Source: an uncultured Pseudomonadales bacterium (lineage in GTDB: Bacteria; Patescibacteriota; Microgenomatia; UBA1400; Chazhemtobacteraceae). From it: 64,000 bases of DNA. A program made the translations under genes and the position numbers. The stretch is from assembly GCA_964422035.1 (NCBI GenBank), contig CAYQZQ010000001.1:121013-185012 (forward strand). Direction: 5' to 3'. Below the pieces are notes generated by a model, which worked only from the letters and a program-made list of their open reading frames with translations, had not been told where the DNA came from and ran no database searches. Shown here piece by piece: positions 21,786 to 30,868 of the stretch (within the stretch, counting starts at the first letter, position 1; every line of letters begins with the position of its first letter).

Positions 21786-22778
21786 ATGTCTGCCCAGCTA
21801 GGAATCGATATTGGTACAGCAAATATAAAACTTGTTTCTCTAAGTGGTAACAAGATTAATGGTGCCCAAGTGATTAGTAACCCTTTGGGCAAGATTAAAC
21901 TGGAAACTGAATCTGAAGTTGTAAAGATGGTTGAGGAGATGAAGAAGTCCTTATTTTCTGAGATAAAATTGTCGGGACAAAGCACTGCTGTGGTGGTGCC
22001 TGAAAGTGTTGTGTATAGTCGAGTCATCAGCATGCCTGTGTTGACTGACGCGGAATTATCAAACGCTATAAAGTGGGAAGCGGAACAATATGTACCCCAA
22101 CCGTTGGAGGAAGTTGAGCTGTCATGGCAGGTTGTAGATAAGCCTCAAAAAACAGAAGGCAAGATGAAGGTATATTTAGTGGCGATTGATAAAAAGGTTG
22201 TAGGTGGTTTAATAAATATGTTTTCAAGATTAGGGTTGGAGCCGACTAGTATTAAGCCTGAGTTTGTTGCAGCCTCATCTTTAATTAGAAGTAAGGGAGA
22301 CGTGATGTTGTCTACCATGGGTGCAAGTACAGTTACAAGTGGTGTATTTAGGGATGGTAATTTGCTTTTCATATATCAATTTGGAAGTGGTGGAACAGCA
22401 ATGACAAGGGCAATATCTTCAGGTTTGCAGCTTAATACCTCTCAAGCTGAAGAGTACAAACGTTCATATGGTGTGAGAAAAGATGTTTTGGAGGGAAAGT
22501 TATATCAGGCAATGAGGCCCGTAACTGAGGGAGTTATATCGGAGCTTAAGAAGGTAGTTGGTTATTACAATCAAAATTTTGCAGATAAGGGCCAGTTGGT
22601 TAATCTTTCAATTTGTGGAGGTATGGCGCTAACACCGGGGATAGTGCAGTTGTTGGGCTCTGAGTTAAATGTTGAGACAGAGCTTTTAAGTAGTTTTGGT
22701 GATGTAGAGTTTGAGGTTCAAATAGATAACAGATTACGAGTAGTGTACGCTCCAGCAATTGGTGCTGTAAAAAGTTAA
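21786..22778 (+). CDS. pilM: type IV pilus assembly protein PilM (actin-like ATPase fold)
   Basis: LGIDIGTANIKLV N-terminus and ICGGMA motif. 330 aa. Confidence 0.85.
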   Translation: MSAQLGIDIGTANIKLVSLSGNKINGAQVISNPLGKIKLETESEVVKMVEEMKKSLFSEIKLSGQSTAVVVPESVVYSRVISMPVLTDAELSNAIKWEAEQYVPQPLEEVELSWQVVDKPQKTEGKMKVYLVAIDKKVVGGLINMFSRLGLEPTSIKPEFVAASSLIRSKGDVMLSTMGASTVTSGVFRDGNLLFIYQFGSGGTAMTRAISSGLQLNTSQAEEYKRSYGVRKDVLEGKLYQAMRPVTEGVISELKKVVGYYNQNFADKGQLVNLSICGGMALTPGIVQLLGSELNVETELLSSFGDVEFEVQIDNRLRVVYAPAIGAVKS

Positions 22779-22780
22779 AT

Positions 22781-23329
22781 ATGGCAGATTTAAATGTTGA
22801 TTTATTGTCAGGTAAGGCAAGAGGAATAGCTCGGACGAACAGAATTGTGAAGTGGCAAAAAAAGGCTGTTTGGATAATATTAGGTTTATTTCTAGTTATT
22901 TCGTTCGGTGTTTTTGCTTGGTGGGGGTTTGAAGTTAATAGAAAATCTAAAATTGAAAAGAGGCAGAGAAGGTTGTTGGCAGAGCTTGAAGATAGATCAG
23001 ATCTTCAAGGTCGATATATGTTGACTAAAGAAGTTTTATTTCAAGCGGATCAAATACTGGGGGTAAGAAAAGATTTTGAAGGAGTCTTGTCTGATGCATA
23101 TTCTCTACTTCCCCCTGGATCAGTCGCAAGAGGTATAAATTTTGGTGATAATAATGTTTCTTTGCAGGTAAGTAATGATGGAGTTCAAGAGTATGCAAGC
23201 TTAATAAGAAATTTAGAGGTAGTTGAGGATCACGATCGTTTTCAGTCTGCTACAGTTGTATCTTCAACTAGATTACGAGATGGGAGTTGGACAGCAAATT
23301 TAGTATTTAATTTCAAAAAAGCTTTATGA
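22781..23329 (+). CDS. pilN: PilN-like bitopic pilus assembly protein
   Basis: Single N-terminal TM helix. Position directly after pilM. 182 aa. Confidence 0.55.
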   Translation: MADLNVDLLSGKARGIARTNRIVKWQKKAVWIILGLFLVISFGVFAWWGFEVNRKSKIEKRQRRLLAELEDRSDLQGRYMLTKEVLFQADQILGVRKDFEGVLSDAYSLLPPGSVARGINFGDNNVSLQVSNDGVQEYASLIRNLEVVEDHDRFQSATVVSSTRLRDGSWTANLVFNFKKAL

Positions 23330-24108
23330 GCGAAGATGGAAAGAAAAAATCTAATTTAGGAGGAGAAATATCTAGTTTGGGCGGTGTTGAGCTTGGTTTT
23401 GCGGTTCACAAAAAGGTCCTTGAGTGGTCTGGTTATATCGCTTTGGAAATATTTGTAGTTATGATGATTGGTTTATTGTTTTTGAAGCCTCAAGTAGTCA
23501 AACTGAATAAAATTAGAAAAGAAACGGCTGGACAAGTTGAAAAAATGAACAAGATGGAAGACAAGATAAAAGCTTTAGATGATTTTGCATTAGAGTTTGG
23601 TCAGTATCAAAGCTTGGTGACCAATATTATTCCTCAAGACAATAATTTAGGTGTTATTTTGTCGGGTATTAGAGAATCATCTAATGATGCAGGTATAGAG
23701 TTGGTTAGCTATTCAGTTGAAAATTTTAAAGATAGAGATGATGATGAATTGTCATCTAAGGGGTTGGAAAAATCTGGTTTAGAGGTGCATGTAAGCGGAA
23801 GTAATAGTCAAATTCAGAGCTTTCTTGATGAACTTAATAATTCTCTACCACTTAAAAATGTTGAAGAATTTGGTGTTAGCAGGCAAAATATTAGTGAACA
23901 AGTTTCAAATAATTTGAGGGTTCGTTTGAGGCTGTTAACATATACTCTTACAAAGGATTTTGAAAAGACTAGTATTAATCAAACATTGAGAATATTTGAT
24001 CAGAAAGATCGAGAACTTCTAACAGAACTTGAAACATATGATACCTGGCAAGTTGAGGCTCAACCTGTAGAACAATCTGGTAGGAACGATAACTTATTCG
24101 GTTTGTAA
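23326..24108 (+). CDS. pilO: PilO-like bitopic pilus assembly protein
   Basis: Single TM helix, coiled coil. Translationally coupled to pilN by a 4-nt overlap. Confidence 0.5.
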   Translation: MSEDGKKKSNLGGEISSLGGVELGFAVHKKVLEWSGYIALEIFVVMMIGLLFLKPQVVKLNKIRKETAGQVEKMNKMEDKIKALDDFALEFGQYQSLVTNIIPQDNNLGVILSGIRESSNDAGIELVSYSVENFKDRDDDELSSKGLEKSGLEVHVSGSNSQIQSFLDELNNSLPLKNVEEFGVSRQNISEQVSNNLRVRLRLLTYTLTKDFEKTSINQTLRIFDQKDRELLTELETYDTWQVEAQPVEQSGRNDNLFGL

Positions 24109-24450
24109 GTCCAGCCCTTCTTCAGGGATGATGCTGTCTTCTTCATTTTCGGCTTCAGGAGTCTCGCTTTCAGGTTCATCGGTTACCTCTTCTTGTTGAG
24201 AAGATTCTTGATTTGAGCCTGAGTCAGCGATGTCGATGTTAACTCTGACACCATTTTTAATAGCTATAATACGAGCGATTTGGCGTAGAGAATTAATTAC
24301 CTTACCGTTTTTGCCGATTACTCTTCCAATATCATCAGGATGAGTGCTTATTGTTAGGTAAATAATTCCATCCTGTTCAGTTTTTTTGATTGCTACTTCA
24401 TCAGGATTATTAACGATTTGGGGCACTATGTATTCTAATAGTTCTTTCAT
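24094..24450 (-). CDS. khpA: KH-domain RNA-binding protein (KhpA/YlqC-like) with acidic C-terminal tail
   Basis: GRVIGKNGKVINSLRQIARI KH GXXG loop. Positioned downstream of rpsP as in many bacteria. Confidence 0.7.
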   Translation of the reverse strand: MKELLEYIVPQIVNNPDEVAIKKTEQDGIIYLTISTHPDDIGRVIGKNGKVINSLRQIARIIAIKNGVRVNIDIADSGSNQESSQQEEVTDEPESETPEAENEEDSIIPEEGLDLQTE

Positions 24451-24674
24451 GAGTGTTTTTTAACTAAATTTTTAACAGTTCGGGTGGGTTGAGCGCCTTG
24501 ATCAATCCATTTCCGATATTTTTTAATGTCGATTTTAAATTCATGTTTTGTGGGGGTGTAGTGGCCAATAACTTCTACGTTGTTTCCACCTGGTCTATTT
24601 TGAGCCTCGGTGACAACAATACGAAAATGCGGTTGATTCCGCTTGCCGGTTCTGGAAAGTTTTACTTTAAGCAC
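24447..24674 (-). CDS. rpsP: 30S ribosomal protein S16
   Basis: MLKVKLSRTGKRNQPHFRIVVTE. Confidence 0.9.
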   Translation of the reverse strand: MLKVKLSRTGKRNQPHFRIVVTEAQNRPGGNNVEVIGHYTPTKHEFKIDIKKYRKWIDQGAQPTRTVKNLVKKHS

Positions 24675-24733
24675 GTGTGAGGTTGTGTAAAGAAGTCATT
24701 GGTAAGTTGATAACAAGATGAATTTTAACAGTT

Positions 24734-25435
24734 TTATTGTTTTGGTTCAAGTTTATGAACCTGAAGTAGAGCTTTTTTGGCTGCATTTTGTTCTGCTTGC
24801 TGCTTGCTTTTACCTTTTCCTACAGCCAGCTGAGTATGATTTGCTGAGACAGTGATGGTAAAGGTTTTTTTGTGGTCAGGCCCTGATTGTTTTATGGTGT
24901 CATAGTCTGGTGAAGAATATCCCTTGGCTTGTATTTTCTCTTGGAGCTGGCTCTTGGGGTCTTTAAGAGGCTTAGAGAGGATATCTTCGGCTAACGGGAG
25001 AACGTGTTTTTGCACAAAATCTTTAGATTTGTCTATTCCCCCATCAAGATAGATGGCGCCAATTATTGCTTCGGTGGTGTTGGCAAGTAAATGAATGTTA
25101 TTTCTGCCTCCAGAGGCCTCTTCACCCTTACTTAAGAGTAAATAGTCTCCCAGTTTTATGTTTTTGGCAATTTGGGCTAGTGATTCTGTTCTTACAATGG
25201 CTGATCGAGCGGTAGTAAGAATGCCTTCAGGTTGATCAGGTTTGTTATTAAATAAATGTTTGCTGATTAAGAGCTCAAGTACCGCGTCGCCTAGAAATTC
25301 TAGTCTTTCGTTGGATTTTTTCACTTTTTGGTCTTCGTTGAGATATGATCTATGTGTTAAAGCACGTTTTAGTAAGTTAATATTCTCGAATTCGTAACCA
25401 ATCTGTGATTGTAGTTTGTCTAGGTTATCATTCAT
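24734..25435 (-). CDS. rnc: ribonuclease III
   Basis: [13 protein letters not shown] catalytic signature plus C-terminal dsRBD. Confidence 0.9.
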   Translation of the reverse strand: MNDNLDKLQSQIGYEFENINLLKRALTHRSYLNEDQKVKKSNERLEFLGDAVLELLISKHLFNNKPDQPEGILTTARSAIVRTESLAQIAKNIKLGDYLLLSKGEEASGGRNNIHLLANTTEAIIGAIYLDGGIDKSKDFVQKHVLPLAEDILSKPLKDPKSQLQEKIQAKGYSSPDYDTIKQSGPDHKKTFTITVSANHTQLAVGKGKSKQQAEQNAAKKALLQVHKLEPKQ

Positions 25436-25835
25436 CTTCTTGTGTTAATTCATCTTTCTTTTTAATATCTTCTAGACGATCAGTTTTTTCTAATGCTGCA
25501 CCCAGTACTCCATTGATAAAGCTGCCGGATGAAGATGATCCGAAATGTTTTCCTATTTCTATGGCTTCATCAATAATAACTTTTGGTGGGGTTTGCTTTT
25601 CATAAAGAAGTTCATATATGGCTAGTCTTAAAACAGCCAGATCAATCTTGTTGATTTGATTTAAAGGCCATTCCGGAGCACATTTTGTGATTACAGAATC
25701 AACTTTTTTAATGTCATCTAGAACTTTTTTGCTAAGATTAGACTCAAGATCTTGATCTTTATCAAAAGAGTATGAAAACAGTGATTTAACTGCGTTAACT
25801 CGACGAATGTGGCGAGGGTCTTTTGATGTCTTCAA
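25428..25835 (-). CDS. nusB: transcription antitermination factor NusB
   Basis: [12 protein letters not shown] and downstream [11 protein letters not shown]. Confidence 0.85.
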   Translation of the reverse strand: MKTSKDPRHIRRVNAVKSLFSYSFDKDQDLESNLSKKVLDDIKKVDSVITKCAPEWPLNQINKIDLAVLRLAIYELLYEKQTPPKVIIDEAIEIGKHFGSSSSGSFINGVLGAALEKTDRLEDIKKKDELTQEDE

Positions 25836-25844
25836 AGCAGGTTT

Positions 25845-25988
25845 TTACTTATTTTTGTTTGATGAGGTAGAACGCAAATGAGGTGGGATAAAGTCTTTTA
25901 AATTAAGACTTTTTTTAAATTGTTTTAACTTAGAGCTGACTCTGTGGTTTTTTCTTTGCTTTGAGTGTCTACGTTTTGGTGTAGGCAT
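25845..25988 (-). CDS. rpmF: 50S ribosomal protein L32 (47 aa, absent from the ORF track)
   Basis: Manual reverse-complement translation gives MPTPKRRHSKQRKNHRVSSKLKQFKKSLNLKDFIPPHLRSTSSNKNK*. The MxxPKRRxSKxR start is the bL32 signature. The stop lies 10 nt upstream of nusB. Confidence 0.8.
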   Translation of the reverse strand: MPTPKRRHSKQRKNHRVSSKLKQFKKSLNLKDFIPPHLRSTSSNKNK

Positions 25989-26018
25989 AATTTAGATTTG
26001 TTTGACAACAGGGTAATT

Positions 26019-28025
26019 TTAATCGCCGGGGAGAAATTTTGCAAGCTGTCTGTTAAGTTGTTTGAGGATGGAGAGGGCTTTTTGTTTTTTGATTAGTGTT
26101 TTTGCGAGGTCTTTTGCATTGTCATTTAAGGATTTATCCCAAAAAGCGTTAAACTGAGTATCTATGTGGCCAGTTTGGGATGTGCCGAACAGTTCTCCAC
26201 TTCCTCTGAGTTTGAGATCAATTTTGGCTAGCTTGAAGCCATCATTTGTTTTGGTAAGGTGATTTAGACGCTCTTTTTGCTCTGTATCGTTTGATATGAG
26301 AATACAATATGCCTGTTTATTGTCTCTACCCACCCTTCCTCTCAATTGGTGTAATTGAGCAAGGCCAAATCGTTCGGCGTTCTCTATCATGATGATAGTG
26401 GTGGATTTGATATCGATTCCCACTTCAATAACAGGGGTGGTAACTAAAATATCTGACTTTTGGTTTTTAAAGTCGACAATTATTTTATTTTTTTCTTTTG
26501 AGTTTAGTTTTCCATGTAAAAGTTCTAACTTTAGATCAGAGAAGTAATTATTTTTGAGTTTTTCATATTGGACGGTAGCTGCTTTAACATTTTTAAAACC
26601 CCTTGCCTTTGAGAGTTTAATTAACGGACAGACGATAAAAGCTTGGTTTCCCGTTTCTTTTATTTCTTCTTTTATCCAGGAGAGAGCGTCTTTTCTTTTT
26701 TCCTGGTCTACAAGCCATGTTTTGATGGGCTTTCTTTCTTTAGGTAGTTGTTTTAATGGAGCTATTTGAACGTGACCATATATTGAAAGAGCTAGAGATC
26801 TAGGGATTGGTGTGGCTGAAATTGTGATTACGTGTGGTATAGGATCTTTTTTAAGATATTGACTTCTTTGAAGAACTCCGAAGCGGTGTTGTTCGTCAAT
26901 TACAATCAGTCCTAGTTTTTTGTGATTGATAGTTTCGGGGCGATGCAGAAGAGCGTGGGTACCTATTAGAAGTGAGTGAGGTTGTTTTATATTGGTATCC
27001 CCTGTAACCAACTTTGGATTAATCCCAAATGGTTTGAGTATTTGGGAAAATGTATGTTGATGTTGCTGGGCTAATACTTGTGTGGGTGCCATGATGATTA
27101 CTTGTTTTTCATTAAGTAGAGTTTGAAGAACAGCTGATAAGGCCACTATTGTTTTACCTGAACCTACGTCACCTTGTAGAAGAGTGCTTGTTGGGTATTT
27201 GTGACTAATACTTTTGAATAGTTGTTTGATGGCGTCTTGTTGAGCTTGAGTAAGCTGAAAAGGTAGTGAGTCTAATAGTTTTTGGTGTTTATCTTTGTCT
27301 ATGGAGACAGATCTTGATGTATGACTTTTCCATTGCTTTTTGGTTAGCTCAGATTTCAGAAAGATAGAGAGCAGATCATTGAAGGCAAGTCGATCTTGTG
27401 ATTTATCTACTGCAGATTTGTCTTTGGGGAAATGGATGTTGTGATACGATTTATTTAATGGTTGGAGGGAGTATTTATCGAGTATATTTTTAGAGAGTGG
27501 GTCAGGCAATTTAATGTTCTTGTTGTTTAAAACAATATGGATTTTATTTCGCAGCCATTTTGAACTTACTCCTTCGGTTTGTGGATATACGGGTACCAAC
27601 CTTTGACTGTGGAGTTGAATCTTTTTTTCTTGTTCAAATTGAGGAGAGTTGATTGTTAGTCGACCCCTGTATGTTTTAGTTTTGCCGGTAAAGTAGTAAA
27701 TCTCTCCTTTTTTTAGAGTGTTGGTTAGGTAAGGTTGATTGAACCAGGTTATTTTGATTGGTCCCGAGGAATCTTTGACTAAGGCTGTTTGAATAGTTAG
27801 TCTCCCCTTAGTTTGACTACTAATTACAGATTCAATTTGAGCTTTAATGCAAACATCTTGATTAGGCTTAATTTTCCCAATAGGTGTTAGATTTTGATAG
27901 TCAATATAGCGACTGGGAAAGTGATTAATTAAATCACTGACTGTTGAAATGTTTAAGTTTTGAAGTTTTTTTTGATAGGCATCCCCTACTCCAGGGATGA
28001 TTGTCACAGGTGATTTGAGTTGCAT
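26019..28025 (-). CDS. recG: ATP-dependent DNA helicase RecG
   Basis: N-terminal wedge domain, LLQGDVGSGKT, DEQHRFGV, and QLHQLRGRVGR. Confidence 0.9.
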   Translation of the reverse strand: MQLKSPVTIIPGVGDAYQKKLQNLNISTVSDLINHFPSRYIDYQNLTPIGKIKPNQDVCIKAQIESVISSQTKGRLTIQTALVKDSSGPIKITWFNQPYLTNTLKKGEIYYFTGKTKTYRGRLTINSPQFEQEKKIQLHSQRLVPVYPQTEGVSSKWLRNKIHIVLNNKNIKLPDPLSKNILDKYSLQPLNKSYHNIHFPKDKSAVDKSQDRLAFNDLLSIFLKSELTKKQWKSHTSRSVSIDKDKHQKLLDSLPFQLTQAQQDAIKQLFKSISHKYPTSTLLQGDVGSGKTIVALSAVLQTLLNEKQVIIMAPTQVLAQQHQHTFSQILKPFGINPKLVTGDTNIKQPHSLLIGTHALLHRPETINHKKLGLIVIDEQHRFGVLQRSQYLKKDPIPHVITISATPIPRSLALSIYGHVQIAPLKQLPKERKPIKTWLVDQEKRKDALSWIKEEIKETGNQAFIVCPLIKLSKARGFKNVKAATVQYEKLKNNYFSDLKLELLHGKLNSKEKNKIIVDFKNQKSDILVTTPVIEVGIDIKSTTIIMIENAERFGLAQLHQLRGRVGRDNKQAYCILISNDTEQKERLNHLTKTNDGFKLAKIDLKLRGSGELFGTSQTGHIDTQFNAFWDKSLNDNAKDLAKTLIKKQKALSILKQLNRQLAKFLPGD

Positions 28026-28216
28026 GATTAAAATAGTGTTAGGAAAAATGGAAGCAGAGTTGAAGTTATCAGTGCTAAGGTGGCTATAGCTATAATGGTT
28101 TTAAATAACTTTCTTCTTTTCTTGTTTAAGCGCATATGAGTATTATATCTAATTCCTATATGGATTATAGGATAATTGGTGTTTTCAAACCTGCATTAGA
28201 CTGGTAAAATTCTTAT

Positions 28217-30850
28217 ATGGCAAGATATTTGAGGTTAAAAAGGCAAAGATTGTGGAGAAAATTCAAAAAATCAGTGAGTTCATTTGTCACAGATAAGATA
28301 GGTTTGGATAATTTAGCCAAGTTTGGTTTTATTGGAGTTGTTGTGGGTACAGTTTTAATGGTTTTTCTTTTCTTTTGGTTTTCTAGAGATTTACCTAATC
28401 CAAATACAATTGTTAGAGACAAGGGGTTTTCAACACAGATTTTAGATAGAGAGGGAGAAAAGGTTTTATATGATGTTTATGAACAGCAAAATCGTCAGTT
28501 TACTCCACTTGACGATATGCCTGACGATTTGAGAAATGCAACTGTTGCTATTGAGGATAAGGATTTTTATAAACATGAGGGTTTTTATCTTCCGGGCATG
28601 ATAAGGGGTATTTCGCGATTTTTTACGAGAGGTAGAGCTCAGGGTGGTTCTACTTTAACTCAGCAGTTAGTCAAAAACGTTCTTTTAACTCAAGAAAGAA
28701 CTATTAGTAGAAAAATTAAAGAATTAGTTTTAGCTGTTCAAATTGAACGTAAGTTTAGCAAGGATCAGATTTTGCAGATGTATTTAAATGAGGCTCCTTA
28801 TGGAGGAACAGCTTGGGGAATTGCTGCAGCATCTGAAAAGTATTTTGAGAAGGAACCTTCAGAGTTGTCGTTGATTGAATCTGTATTTCTGGCTGGAATG
28901 CCACAATCCCCTTCAAGATATTCGCCTTATGGCAGTGATAATGATGCCTACATAGCAAGGGCAAAAAATGTTGCTAGAAGAATGAGAGAGGATGGATACA
29001 TAACAGAGGAAAAAGAAAATGAGATAGTTGAAGACTTGCCTGAAATGGAGTTTGAGGATAGAGACAGTACACTGAAGGCCCCACATTTTGTAATGTATGT
29101 GAGGGAACAATTGGAGGAAATGTTTGGGGAAGCTATGGTTACAGGTGGGGGTTTGAGAGTTACTACTACTCTTGATTGGGAGCTTCATGAGAGAGCTGAG
29201 GAAATTGTAGAGAGTGAGATAGATAAAGTTAGTGAAAGCTTACATATAACTAATGGTGCTAGCGTGATGATAGATCCTCAAACAGGAGAGATATTAAGTA
29301 TGGTGGGATCAAAGGATTTTTTCGATGAAGAAATTGATGGTCAGGTGAATGTGGCTTTAAGGCCTAGACAACCTGGTTCGTCCATTAAGCCAGTTACTTA
29401 TGCAGCTGCTTTTGAAGAAGGGTTTTGGCCGGGTAAAGTATTTGCTGATGTGGTTACAGAGTTTCCTTCTGGAGATTCTGATGATCCATATCGTCCTGAA
29501 AACTATGACGGGACAGAACATGGTTTGGTACACTTGAGAGAGGCGTTGGGAAGCTCCTTAAATGTTGTGGCTGTTAAGTTACTTGCTAAAGTTGGTGTTC
29601 AAGATATGTTGGAGACTGCTTATAGAATGGGAATTGATAGTTTGGAACCTAGTAAAGAGAATTTGAGAAGGCTGGGGTTGTCAGTTACTCTGGGTGGTGG
29701 TGAAGTGAGACTTTTGGATATGTCTGCTGCTTATAGTAGTTTTGCAAATGGTGGTTATAGAGTCGAACCGGTAAGCATATTAAAAGTTGAAGATAGAGAT
29801 GGTGAAGTCTTGTATGAAAGAAAAGAGTTAAGTAGGCCAAGAGTTTTGGATGAAGAGGTTGCCTTTTTAATAAATGACATTTTGTCTGATAACCAGGCCA
29901 GGTTATTGACTTTTGGACCAAACAGTTTGATTAACATCTCAGGCAGAGATGTGGCTGTAAAGACTGGAACTACTAATGATCTGCGCGATAACTGGACTGT
30001 TGGTTGGAGTAAAAATACTTTAGTTGGTGTTTGGGTTGGTAATAATGATAATTCATCGATGAAACAGGTTGCGTCTGGTGTTTCAGGTGCTTCTCCAATT
30101 TGGAGACGGCAGATGTTGGAAGCATTGACAAAGCGTGGGGATGAGCTATTTAGTCCTCCTGGTGGTGTCAGAGAGGTTGAGTTAGATAGTGTTTCAGGTT
30201 ATCCGGCACATGATGGTTTTACCAGTTATAAAGAATGGGTAATCAACGGTACGCTGCCTGTTCAAGAAGATCCTATTCATAAAATGACAAAGGTATGTAA
30301 AGGGCAACCAGATAAGTTGGCTACTGAAGTTCAGGTGGCTAGAGGTGATTATGATACTGCCGAGTATATCTATGTTAGAGAAGATGATCCTTTGACTAGT
30401 GATGATTTGTGGCAGAAAGCAATAAATAATTGGCTTGAGTCAGTTAATGATGATAAATACCATCCACCAACTGAGTATTGTGGAGAAGGTGGGGTGCATG
30501 TAGAAATTTCCAGTCCGTCAGATGATAGCAGAGTTGATAAAAATGATGTAAACATAAAAGCTGTGGTGTATGCCGATAAAGAAATAGAGTGGGTTGATTT
30601 GTATATTGATGGAAATAAAGAGTGGAGATGGGAGGAGAGACCTTATGAGAGGGTATTTACACTGTCAGATGGATATCATGAGATTAGAGTTGTGGCACGA
30701 ATTGAGGGTGGAGCCGAGAGCGAGAGGGTTCATACATTTACTGTTAATGAAAAATATCAAGAACCTACCCCTTCTGCTACTTCAACCCCCACACCGACCT
30801 CTACATTAACCCCTACTCCTACCTCTACCCCTACTCCTACTACTGAATAA
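28217..30850 (+). CDS. class A penicillin-binding protein (glycosyltransferase plus transpeptidase) with C-terminal Ig-like domain and Thr/Pro-rich tail
   Basis: GT51 motifs EDKDFYKHEG and GGSTLTQQ. Transpeptidase motifs SSIKP, SLN and KTGTTND. Ends PTPSATSTPTPTSTLTPTPTSTPTPTTE. Confidence 0.9.
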   Translation: MARYLRLKRQRLWRKFKKSVSSFVTDKIGLDNLAKFGFIGVVVGTVLMVFLFFWFSRDLPNPNTIVRDKGFSTQILDREGEKVLYDVYEQQNRQFTPLDDMPDDLRNATVAIEDKDFYKHEGFYLPGMIRGISRFFTRGRAQGGSTLTQQLVKNVLLTQERTISRKIKELVLAVQIERKFSKDQILQMYLNEAPYGGTAWGIAAASEKYFEKEPSELSLIESVFLAGMPQSPSRYSPYGSDNDAYIARAKNVARRMREDGYITEEKENEIVEDLPEMEFEDRDSTLKAPHFVMYVREQLEEMFGEAMVTGGGLRVTTTLDWELHERAEEIVESEIDKVSESLHITNGASVMIDPQTGEILSMVGSKDFFDEEIDGQVNVALRPRQPGSSIKPVTYAAAFEEGFWPGKVFADVVTEFPSGDSDDPYRPENYDGTEHGLVHLREALGSSLNVVAVKLLAKVGVQDMLETAYRMGIDSLEPSKENLRRLGLSVTLGGGEVRLLDMSAAYSSFANGGYRVEPVSILKVEDRDGEVLYERKELSRPRVLDEEVAFLINDILSDNQARLLTFGPNSLINISGRDVAVKTGTTNDLRDNWTVGWSKNTLVGVWVGNNDNSSMKQVASGVSGASPIWRRQMLEALTKRGDELFSPPGGVREVELDSVSGYPAHDGFTSYKEWVINGTLPVQEDPIHKMTKVCKGQPDKLATEVQVARGDYDTAEYIYVREDDPLTSDDLWQKAINNWLESVNDDKYHPPTEYCGEGGVHVEISSPSDDSRVDKNDVNIKAVVYADKEIEWVDLYIDGNKEWRWEERPYERVFTLSDGYHEIRVVARIEGGAESERVHTFTVNEKYQEPTPSATSTPTPTSTLTPTPTSTPTPTTE
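30766..30847 (+). repeat. low-complexity tandem (acc-cct-act)-type codon repeats encoding the Thr/Pro-rich tail
   Basis: Near-tandem copies of acccctactcctacctct inside the PBP 3' end. Confidence 0.5.
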
Positions 30851-30868
30851 TCTACTGAAAGTTGATTT

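Noticed and set aside
28029-28136. Possible 35-aa hydrophobic peptide (MRLNKKRRKLFKTIIAIATLALITSTLLPFFLTLF) on the minus strand just upstream of recG
   Set aside because: Below any reliable size threshold and has no conserved motif. Could be a real leader peptide, but the sequence alone cannot support it.
28213-28422. ORF 28213-28422(-) overlapping the PBP start
   Set aside because: Antisense to the N-terminal TM region of a well-supported PBP. No motifs.
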